This document shows positions 14,701-32,132 of a DNA stretch of 64,000 nucleotides, piece after piece. The notes beneath the pieces were generated by a model, which had not been told where the DNA came from, searched no databases, and saw only the letters and a list, made by a program, of their open reading frames with translations. The stretch is from Bugula neritina (taxonomy: Eukaryota; Animalia; Bryozoa). Position 1 is the stretch's first letter. Each line of letters begins with the position of its first letter. The translations under genes and the position numbers were made by a program. The DNA is taken from the NCBI GenBank assembly GCA_964035545.1, contig OZ037768.1, forward strand, positions 5,736,741-5,800,740. Direction: 5' to 3'.

Positions 14701-15297
14701 GATTTCGTAATACTAATAATTTCCCCATACACTGAAGTATTGTAGATGACTACAGCATGATCAGACTATAAAACTCAACCAAAAATGGGTGTGTACCAAC
14801 TCTAAAATATCACCACTATAACTTATATAAGACTCTACATTTTCAAATGCAAATGAATTATTAGGCCAATCAGATACAATCATTAGCTGGTCATGTAGAG
14901 TCCAGCCAATCAGAATTGTATAAAGTTGCAGCCAGCCAGCGTGCTACTCATCTGCCAAAAACAACCAGCCCATTTACCACTATGTCAATGAAAATGTCAT
15001 TAAATGTGTTTTGCCAAAACAGCTGGGGCTGTGGTCAATTTGCACCAGGGTATTTTTTTAAACTTGTACTTTTTATTTGCATTTTTTAAGCACTTAAATT
15101 AAACATTTTGAAAAATGAACTCATGATTCATAAATTCAAGATATGAAATAAAATAATGCATGTAATAAAAGTTGCACAGCTATTTCCTAGAAGTATGCAT
15201 TTTGCATTTGAACTTGCAGAAGTTTATATAAGTTATAGTGGTGAGTATTCTAGAAATGGTACAAGGTAGTAAATGTACCAATCTTACATGGTCTATT
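11720..15297. mobile_element. ~3.6-kb foldback / long-inverted-repeat element, probably a non-autonomous DNA transposon
   Basis: 11720-~12350 is the reverse complement of ~14668-15297 (about 8 mismatches by eye). Degenerate inverted similarity continues inward to ~13005 vs ~13765. Termini aatagaccatg...catggtctatt. No clean TSD and no intact transposase ORF. Confidence 0.75.
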
Positions 15298-18229
15298 AAT
15301 CAACCAACTATATATGGAAGAAGAAACAGATCTACAGCTGCCTGCAGTATGAAGTAACTATTTGCAAACAGTGACACGAATGTATAATTATAGTTGAAAC
15401 TTGACCAGCTAATTAAGTCTTGCTTCTCACTGAATCAAGTCAATGAATCATTAGTTAGCATTCCAACGAGATGAATTGTACAAGTTTTATGGAAGTTTGG
15501 CTGAGAGTAGGAGTGGTTTGTGGGACTTTTAGATATGTTTAGTATTAGTCTTAACTGCTGACTTAGATAAAAAGTTTAATTCAAAAAAATATTAGCAATC
15601 ACCATGTTTGACGTAATTTTCACAAATGATGCACCAATAAAAACATGTTCCCAGCCATGAATGTATTTTCTCCAATATTGAAAAGCTATTTTTCATGCCC
15701 AGGGTTGCTTGAAATGACCTCATTGTTACAGTAAGTTTAAAACAGAAAATTTAAAACAAATTTACTGGGGAAATAGATTTTTAAGCTCGTGAGTCACACA
15801 GCCGTAGTATTATGAGATCAGCTTATGGTTATCAAATTTTATGTTTACAGTAAAGTATTGCATAACCAAAGTGTAGAAAATGAGTCAATTTTAATAATGA
15901 AAGTTAGATCATTGAAATAGGAGCAATCCCAAAAATGAAATTATATAACAGGTATTTTGCTAACATTTGTTTAATGGCTGAATCAATAATGTATTGATGA
16001 CAGAGTATCAAATAAAATTCTACATTTTTAATTTGTAGTCAAACGATGTGTTCATATATATGCATTCTTATCATTATTAGCAAGCAAAGAGAATTATAAA
16101 TTTCTATTTCCAATATAATTCCCAGAATAACTCTGTCTAGCTTCTATTTAGATTAAAACTTTCAATACATATAAACACCAGTCACCATTGTATGAGCTAA
16201 CATACCAGCATTAATTTTCAAACTGTATTAAGTTCACTTAACTACCAACTGGACACCTGTTAGGGAGAAAGGAGGGAAAGCTGCATCCATTTTATAAAAA
16301 TTGGTAGCAATTGTTGCTAGGCACCAGTGTAATGCAGTTGGGCAAGGTCTGCTACTCAACTATTTAATTGGTTGATAGTGTTTGGGGAGTGGGTCTCTTG
16401 CACATACATGTTATTGAAGGTTAAGGTGAAAGAACTGGGGCTGCCTAGTGCTGCTGCTACCACAGTTTTCTGTGACATTAGTTACTTGGTGCCGGGTGCA
16501 AGCTATGTGCTTAGTATTTTGAATAACTTCATTTACTGCTTGAGCTGCTTTCATGCTAGGGTGGTTATACCTAAACATGCTCTAACTTTTGCACTCCACT
16601 GCAGAGAACTACTAATACTAATTTTAAGCACAGGGCAGTATTTTCCTAATTCAGCCAGTATATTTTTATCTTCATTTAAATGAACTTCAGGCATAAAATA
16701 TCAACATTAAATTCAATAAGTGAATAGCAAATTAATACCTAAGTGATGTTTGAAATATTGTCAAACCTTTGTTCCTTTTAGTATGCCTAACACAAAGCAT
16801 ATAATTGGGAAATTGTATAATAGTTTGAGTACGCATTTCAAGCCTTAGTAGGCAGCTAGTAACTATTCTCTACTTTGTAAATTTACTGCATTGTATAATT
16901 TCACCTCAAAATCTCACGTTCAGCTATAAACTGAAATCTGCACTCCATTATGTTTCAGAAGCTAAACATATGATGGAACTCAACTGGACCCACCTTGATT
17001 AAGTTATTCACTACTCCTATCAGAATATTGCTGCTGTACTAATTCTAGTACATTCACTCCAGTGTATTAGCATAAAGTACTAGTATAAACAAAAAATATA
17101 ACTGAGTTGAACTGCTATTAAAATGGTTATTTAACTCTGAACTAGATTTTTAAACTAGTCTTAGTGACAGGCTAAAGATTATAGTTTTAAAATCAAATGA
17201 TGCCTTTCTTAAGTTATGTACACCCTCATCTATGTCTATTGATCTCTATTAGAGTGCACTGACAAAATATACACAGATTGGGGCAAGCATTACTACCAAG
17301 TATTTCAGGTTTGCTTTAGGTAGGTTTTATTATCATACTAGGCCATCATAAAAAGCACTAGCCAACTAATGGTTAACTTCTAAAGCTAAATTTATTCAAT
17401 TTTTAGTAGTTAGACTTGCTTCACACCTGGCCATAGTTAAAACTTTAGGTTGTTTGAACAAGTTTCTAACAGGCAGAAAAATGAAACACGGGAAAAGCAA
17501 AACATTACTGATATTACTGGCATTACTAGAGCTAGGTACAGTAACTAAGAAATTGAGAACATCCTTTATTTGAGATTCGAAAAGAAGTTCTGTTGTGATG
17601 AGAATTTCAACCTGTGCCCTCAAACTGAATTCTTTTCAGAAAACCAAACTTAAAATTTAAAATGTTTTCTCCATTACTGCGCCTAATTGCATGCCTAACA
17701 GCATTGGATTCAGCACTTTATAGTCAAGCACTCGTCTTCTCCTAACAATAAGTACCAGTGGACTAAGGTTTTACATGTAAAACAACATAAACGTTTAAAT
17801 GATTTTAAAATATGGGTTTCCAAAAGTAGCCAAGTGGGTGATCCTCAATCAGATTTACAATCAGAAGGGGGTTGAAATTAACTTTCTTAACATTAATTGC
17901 ACAAAGAATGCAAAAGTAAAACTAATTAAAAATTTGCACCAGCAATAGTCACCACTGCACAACCCCCAAGGCATATTAGTGCTACAGATATGCATACTGA
18001 AACTAAAACCTGAAGCTGTAAGCATCTTTATAAATATATAGACAATAAGTAAATAAGAATAAACATCAAATTAAATGCATAAACTTATAATTGATGATTT
18101 ATCTCTGATTTAAATAAACTATAAATGTAATAAATATGAATAAAAATAAGTCAATAACTATAAGTGAAAATCAGATCTAATTTTAAAACACTCATATTGA
18201 TAAAATTTAAATAGTTGTATTTAAAATAT

Positions 18230-18850
18230 TAGCATCAGTATGAGTATCAGTATCACATCTAGTTGAGTACTAGTTCTACGATGTAAACATATATTTAATT
18301 TTATCATTATATTTATAATGATAATGAGCTATTTTATATTTATTTAATAATATTAATAAATTATAATTCATTATAAAAATATTATCACAATCATTAAATT
18401 TAATACTATTAATAATAATAATAATAAAATATCAATTAATTTTAATGCAAACTTACAATCAAAATGACTAATACTAATAGTAATAGTAAATGTAATAGTA
18501 ATATCAATACTAATACTAATAGTATTAGTAAATGTAATACTAATACTAATAGTAATAGTAACACTATTACTACTCAGTATGACTATGAGTATGACTACGA
18601 GTATAAGTATTACTATTAGTATTACTATTATTATTACACTTAATCTTATGACTTACAGTTACAGTATTACAATTACAGTAAATGAGGAATACTATTAGAC
18701 ATTAGTATTAGTATGACATTTAGTTTTACTATTACTATTAGTATTAGTATTACTATTATAATTACATTTAGTATTTACTAATTACTATTACTATTAGTAT
18801 TAGTATTACTATTAGTATTACTATTAGTATTACTATTAGTATTACTTAAG
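18230..18850. repeat. TA-triplet low-complexity tract (TAA/TAG/TAC/TAT; AGTAAT/ACTAAT hexamers)
   Basis: Visible runs such as tactaatagtaatagtaaatgtaatagtaatatcaatactaatactaatagtattagta. Confidence 0.85.
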
Positions 18851-19926
18851 AACCCCAATCAGTATCACAATGGTTATTGAAGATTTAAAAAAATTAGTTT
18901 CTACTCAACTACCAACCAACCTGTAATCTGCTCTAGTCATATAATTATATATAATAATAATATAATGTATTTTATTCCAGAGTAAGACTGAGAGTCATCT
19001 AGTTAGTTAGGTCTAAAAACCCAGTGACTACACAGAATCTTATTCCGTTAGGAAATGTACGGGTATGGCAGTTGGCGAAATCACCTGTTGCAATATTTTT
19101 ATGTCGCCACAACACCAGCTGGGAGAGAAGATAATCTATAAAAGCACTCAACTGGAATAAAATATATTTTACGCTCTCATATTATCGTAGAATATCAATG
19201 ATCATATTATTTTTATTTTAACAAATCTTTATCACATGTGAGGACAACTCTTTAATTATGTTATAACTAACGTTGGTTTGGCTCATACATAATGTATGTA
19301 GTTTTAATATAATATCTTGCAATTTTCTTATAAATTGTAACATATCATGTTACAATATGCCAATGATTGCAGCTGTATTAATATGATTTCCTAGTTATAT
19401 AATATTTAGAACTACAGAACATCCTTTTGATGAGGGCTAAATTCTATGTTATCTACACAACATGAAAATCCATGAATATTTATTTGCCAAGTGGAGAAAT
19501 TTTGGAAGCAATTTTTGTTATTGTAACTTTGACAGTATTGGTAGTTGAAAAAGTTATGGTTTTAAAACTGTGCATTAACAGCACCTTAACATATTTTTTA
19601 CCACAAAACAGTAACCAATTAGCATATATTGCAAATTATGCTTGCATATTTTGTAAAGTTGCATTTTACCTACTAAATTGTAAATTTAAATAGTCAGCTA
19701 GTTCCATCACCATCACCTTTAATAATATTCTTACCATAAAATCTCATCATTTATAAAATAACAAAGCAGATAGTTTGTAAAATTATTTTATTACGAATTT
19801 CTATTGGTACCAACCACCAAAAAAGTAAAATAAGTTAATTCAAACCCATTTGATTATATTATAAAATTAATCAATTTACAAAGTTACCCGAAAAAGAAGT
19901 AAAAACATCAGCAGTTAGAAAACTTA

Positions 19927-26149
<6,223 letters not shown>

Positions 26150-26570
26150 AGCACTATAACTATAACGCTGCTGCTGTTCAGAAATAGGTTGAAACGAATT
26201 AATATGATATATTAAACCATCTAAATAAATAATTGTATAAAATGAAATAAAAATCTAGTTCATTCAGTTTCGGGTAGAAAGAATCTTTGAAATCAGACCA
26301 TAGAATTCAGTGGGCGTTAACTTTAGATATAATTGACAAATTAACTAGAGGTATCACGCAGGGTGCTACTAACAACAAAATAAAATCGCACACATCAGAT
26401 ACAGTTGAAGGCTTCTATCCGAATCGTCAAAGACCAATCGATAGGCTAGACTATGGGGTCAAGGTTGGTTAAAAAGCGTACTAGTAAGAAAATACGCGGT
26501 TTCACAGTCGACTAATACTACGAGTAACTTGTGTTAGCGTTTGGAAAAAGTAATACAAATTAGTCAGGTA
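26150..26570. promoter_or_regulatory. Probable bidirectional promoter region (AGPS / zinc-finger gene A)
   Basis: Head-to-head arrangement with locally raised CpG content. Plus-strand donor CAG|gtatgt at ~26568 suggests a non-coding first exon of ZNF-A. Confidence 0.5.
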
Positions 26571-27256
26571 TGTTCTTTATTCTAAAACGCTACGTTATAA
26601 ATGTATAGCAGTGCTGCTCCTAAACTTTTTTTTAGGGAAAACTTCGTCTCAAGTTTAAGATTTCTCTTTCAGTTTAATTTTGGTTTGGAATTGAATTTTG
26701 AATGCTCACTCACTCGCTTTTATCTGTATGAAACGAAATCAAAATGGCGTAATTGTATTGTTTTTATCCAGTGATGAATTTATTCGAAGTTAATGAAAGT
26801 CATGTGTGCCGTACTCAGAAATTAATTTTAAAACGATATTCTGTTATTCTACAACATGATTAGTGCAGTAATTGTCACCTACACAACCACCTGCAATACC
26901 TCTGTCTGCTTATAACTGTAGTCCCAGATAATGGACTGTAGGCCAGATCATTTTGTGACGTCACGCTCGCCGTTGTAATTAAAGCAAGAGAAAGTAACTC
27001 TGAAATGCGTGTTAATTGGGTTTTTGAAAGCGAATTATAATATTAATGTATTATTTACTTCAATATTTTTGTTCAATGTTTAGGTAAAAGTCTAAATATG
27101 AACCAAACAAATTCTAAAAGAATTGCCATTTGTAAGAATTTGTCATTGATGTATCTATTATGTTTATTTCACTCTTGTATTCTTAGTCATTCAAACTATT
27201 TAAATATAATTTTCTGATTTATATAGTTCTAGTGTTTCCAATAAAGAGGGAGTATC

Positions 27257-30200
27257 ATGGCAGACCACCATGTACAAGTAGATAATGAAAAGGTTTATAA
27301 ATGTGGTCACTGTGGAATGACGAGCCAGTCTATTGAAGAGTTGAAGTTTCATATGCTGAGTACTCATTTGAACGAAGCGGCAGGAAATATGGCTGCACCA
27401 GAAGTAATAGATGATAGTGGTGCACAAGAAGAAGTTACTGTAAACTTGCCTATAGATTCTGAAGGTAAGTATAAGCAACAATTGTTAAGAAAATAATATA
27501 AATGGCCATTATGTGGAAAATCACACTAGTACATAGTATGAACATTAAAATTGATGAGAATACAAATAAAAATTTGATGCCTTTTAGTGGTCAATGAAGT
27601 AAATTCTATGGATATATTAGAGCAGTTTGCAGCTGCTCAATCAGGGCAAGTTGTTCAAACCACTCAGCAAATACAACCTCAACCGACCCCTCCCGTTAGA
27701 GAAGTTCACAGAGTAGACCCTGACAAACTGCCCGGTAGTAAAGTCGATCTCTCTTTTAATGTAAGTGTCCCATCACCATTTTGGCAATTGTACTTTTATC
27801 AATTGTTTGAAGACAAACTCAAGGCAGAACTGATTAAATGCACATTTTATCTTATGTAGGCTAAAGCAATTTTGACATAAAAGTTCTGATATACTGTGTT
27901 GAGACATTTATGTACATTTTATGTAATTAAACTTTTAGCATATACTATTTTGTTGAACAATTTCATTGCACATAATGTATAATACTTTGCTATGGTTGCT
28001 AGCTGCGTTAAAGATGAATTTTGCTGGCGAGCAACTCAACTCCGAGTGTCAACATGACATATCTTGTAGGTTCACGTGCCCGATACAGAACTACCCATGT
28101 TTCCTCGCCACGTCAAACCTGCATTATTCTTTACTTGTGAATACTGTCAATACAAGCACCCAAATTTTACGGTAAATGTTATGAATTTGTATGTTTTTAT
28201 GCATTCCCATTGTTTATAGACAAATATTGAGTTGAAACAGTTGCATAAGTTGACAAAATAAAACAAGATTTTCATTTCAGAGTGAAAGCAAAATTTAATG
28301 AGTGTCAATTTATTCATTATTGCCAATTTCTGATCAATATTTTATTCAATTATATATTAATTTGATACTCAAGAAGAAAACAAAATAGGGTTCAACTGTT
28401 TTTGTAACCATCTATTTAGTATTATATAAATTATAGTATAATTTTACTGGGTTACTTCTGTAGAATGTGTCCAATCATGTTACTGATGTTCATCCTCGGA
28501 AAATATCAGAGGAGTTGAGGAGACGACCCCGAATAGAAAATATTAATGGTAAGAATTGCTGTTACTCATCCTTTAATGCTTGCTAAACTTCTCGACTAGC
28601 TTTTTTAAATTCACATGCAGCAGCTACTATTTATTATCAAATCTGGCTAGACTAATACTTTACAGCATAGTAGTGATTCAATAACCCAAAAGGCAAGTCT
28701 GGGGCGACTTGTAGAAGATCTTTCGGAAAATACTTCTAATCAACCTAGATAAGCGCTGTGAATGATTTGGATTTTTAATGTAAAATAAAGTATTACAAAT
28801 TTGGCAGTATTAAATTTCTAGAGCTCAATGTTTTTCAATTTATTTTGGTTGTTTTTGATTTTTCATTCTGCACTCTTATGCATTTTAGAACTACCAAATA
28901 ACACCGCGTATACGGATGGCAGACAATATAAATCAGAAAATCTAAGTGGCAGAACTAGGAGAGCTGATCCACATCGGCTGTTACAAGTATTCAGTTGTGA
29001 CATATGTCCTATGTAAGTGTTCAGTTGTGACATATGTCCCATGTAAGTGTTCAGTTGTGACATATGTCCAATGTAAGTGTTCAGTTGTGACATATGTCCC
29101 ATGTAAGTGTTCATGCATTCTGGTTGTTTTTGTAGAAATAAAGCTCGACTATTTTATACACTAACTTTTTGATGGAATACTAAAGGGCATAAGCAGATAT
29201 ATACATTATAACTGCATATATAGTTTGATATGGATGTGATGTACTTTCGCTCTTTCTATCTGTTTTGTACAGATGCATGGCTAGTATTTTGTGATAGTTA
29301 ACTCTCAATACATGGGCATCATTTGTTAGTTACTGCTGGTTCTTTATGTCTAGGCGGTGTGCTAATGAGCAAGAGCTCCGTGTTCACAAGAACTGCCATG
29401 TTGATGGTACAGAGGCTATGAGGTGCTGTGTGTGTCAGAAAGATGCACCAGGAACTAAGCCCTGGTATGCTTTGATGAGACACATCTTGTCTAAACACCC
29501 TGGAGTTGTACCACCTCGCATAGAGTGTGGCATATGCAGTAAGTCTTTGTCATAGACTCTAAGTCTTTATAATCATCTACTGTGCGTGATATTTAAATGG
29601 ATGATTCACATCCTCGACTAGCTTCGCTATTGTGCATATGGACCCTCATCACTGATTTTTTTTCTATTTTTCAACCTATGACATAAACTACTATTTGATG
29701 AAAATACAAACAAACATGTGATGCTTCTGTAGAGAAAGGATTCGTTAAGGAATATGACTTAGAAAAGCATTTAAGTGTCCACAATACACATAGACCATTC
29801 CTCTGTAACGACTGTGGAGATGCTTTCAAGTCAGAGCTTCGACTCAAAGAACATGGAATACTACTGCATGGTCACGGCTCAGAAGAGCAAAGGTATGTAT
29901 TGCATCCCTTCTCAATGTGAAACCTGTGTTCTCTAATGCTGAAGGTACATTCTTGTTTCACTGAATATCTTCTTATACGTTGCAGAATTAAATTAGAAGA
30001 AAGGAAACAGAAACGGTTGTTGGCCAAGAAAAACAACTGTTTGCCGGTGCTTATGTGCAGTCAGTGTGGGTATCGAACCAAAGAGAAGTATCAATTTAAA
30101 GTGCACATGAATAACCACAATGGAATTAAAGACTTCAAGTAAGTTGGTAGCACTTGTACATTGTCATGGTGAGGCTGTTCCACACCTGTATGGGAGTCTG

Positions 30201-31454
30201 CTGCACTCTTTTGATGAAACACTAGCAGAATACCAGTTATTACTGCCAAGTACTACTACTAGCAGTAGTATTTCATTTTGTTTTAAAATTGAAGTCTAAT
30301 GAATAATTGTGTTACATTACTCTGTTCTGATGGGTTAAATTTTTAACGCTTCATGCTCCAAATATAAGTAAAATTGTATTTAGTACTTTGAAATGTGTAA
30401 GTTTACTGATATTAGTGAAGCTAGGTAGTACTGCAGATAAGATGTAAATGCCCTAATACCAATTTTTCTACCGTGAGCTTGAAATAGAACACAGTTCTGC
30501 CAATGCACCAGTACACAATAGTGGGGCAGATTGTATAACTGTCCATAAATGCGTTGCCTTCAACAATTTGTAGGTGTAAGTTCTGTGACTATAAAACGGC
30601 CGACAGTTCGTCCTTAAACAGACACATGTGGAGACACAAAGAGGAGAAGCCTTACTCTTGTAGACTGTGTTCCTTCAGCTGTATACAGAGAACTCAGATG
30701 ATGGCCCACTACAAAAATAAACACTCTCTCGCAGCTATTGATGCTAGAAAGTTAATAACGTAAGTCAGCTAATGGTAATGGCAACGTTCTAATCCAGCTC
30801 CAGTTTGTTAATGATTACTCACAATAATTTCACTCTTGCAGCCATATTAATGGACCGAGAACTGTGGCAGCCCACCGTATACAAACTGAGAATCAACAGA
30901 CTATAGAAATAACGGACCAAACCGCTCAAGTAGTATCCTCTCATCATGGTGCTATCAACATCATTGGTCAAGATGAGGGGGGAAATCCTATAGACATTCA
31001 CTTGGTAGGTTCAAGAACCATTTTATTGACATTGAAGATAAAAATTTTATTATTTAATATATTAATTATTTGATTGCTTTTTATGAGCCTTAAGTCTAAA
31101 ATGTATTATGCTTTTAGGGATAAATGTTTATGCAAGTATAAACGTTTATTACTAAAAGCATAACGAAGTTGTAATACAATTATGAAACAAAAAGTTACGA
31201 TCATTACTCTTCTTGTAACAAATTTTATATTTGATATTTTGAATGCTCATTGAAATTGGAAAACATAATATCTATATAATGTACCTTGTGCCCACCTGAT
31301 TTTGCTTTGGCTTTTATATAATCTGTCAGGGCACATGGTTTTCTTGCTATCCAAGTGAAATTGTTACATTGCATAACTATTTATTTTTTCTCAGATAACT
31401 GAAGCTGCAGAAGGCCTGTTAGCTGCAAGCCAGATTGAAATTCATACAACATAA
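27257..31454 (+). CDS. C2H2 zinc-finger protein, paralog A
   Basis: Exons approx. 27257-27464, 27588-27760, 28070-28171, 28464-28548, 28889-29012, 29355-29538, 29733-29892, 29986-30138, 30574-30759, 30842-31004, 31395-31454. Fingers include YKCGHCG..LKFHMLSTH, CKFCDYKTADSSSLNRHMWRH and YSCRLCSFSCIQRTQMMAHYKNKH. Ends ITEAAEGLLAASQIEIHTT*. Confidence 0.88.
28985..29113 (+). repeat. 30-bp tandem repeat x4 spanning an exon/intron junction
   Basis: Unit aagtgttcagttgtgacatatgtcc(c/t/a)atgt; each junction recreates AT|GTAAGT. Confidence 0.95.
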
Positions 31455-32132
31455 GTGACTTTCTCCTTCAAGTGTCGAACTGTTTTTTTGACTTGACAAA
31501 ATATTCAGTGTGCTGCAAGTCTGAGCAAGGAGGTATTTGTTAGTGAAGATTGAGTCAGTATTTTTTGCTGTCGCCAAGAAGAATAAACCAAACCTATATT
31601 CATCAGTATTCTTACCTAAATTTTGTGTTAATGAATGATAAAATATAATTTATTGATATTTTGATGATGCAATATTATGTTTTTTAATAGATTATTGTTC
31701 CGGCCATGGCTGCCAATAGAATTGCATGCAAGTCTGTACAGATCATGGACTGTAAACCTTATCTCGCCTCACAAATTGCTTTACCAGTATAATTATTTTA
31801 ATGTACATAGTTTGAGTGTGCCATTTCACATTATTTTATAATACAAATTAAAATTTTAAAAATAAAACATAGCAACTCACATGCTTTTTTTACAAAAATA
31901 ACAGCAGCTTTGCACCGTAATTAAACTATAGGTGTGATATCAGACAGTTGATAAACTTTTCTGCCAGTACAAATATTGTGCGAGTCATGCAATTACACTA
32001 TAGTATATTTCTGCAACAGCTATAAGTACTATAAATACTATAAATACTATAAATACTATAAACAATATATACAGAGTTAGATGAAGACCTAAAGAAATAA
32101 TGTAACTGTTTCAGGAGTTGTCACATTGAACT

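Noticed and set aside
15300-18200. Isolated ORFs 16372-16683 and 17396-17623
   Set aside because: No recognisable motifs or consistent exon chain; probably intronic or decayed repeat sequence.
28985-29113. 30-bp repeats (and the 14-bp array at 6298-6911) as a CRISPR-like array
   Set aside because: Head-to-tail repeats without unique spacers, inside eukaryotic genes, with no cas genes.
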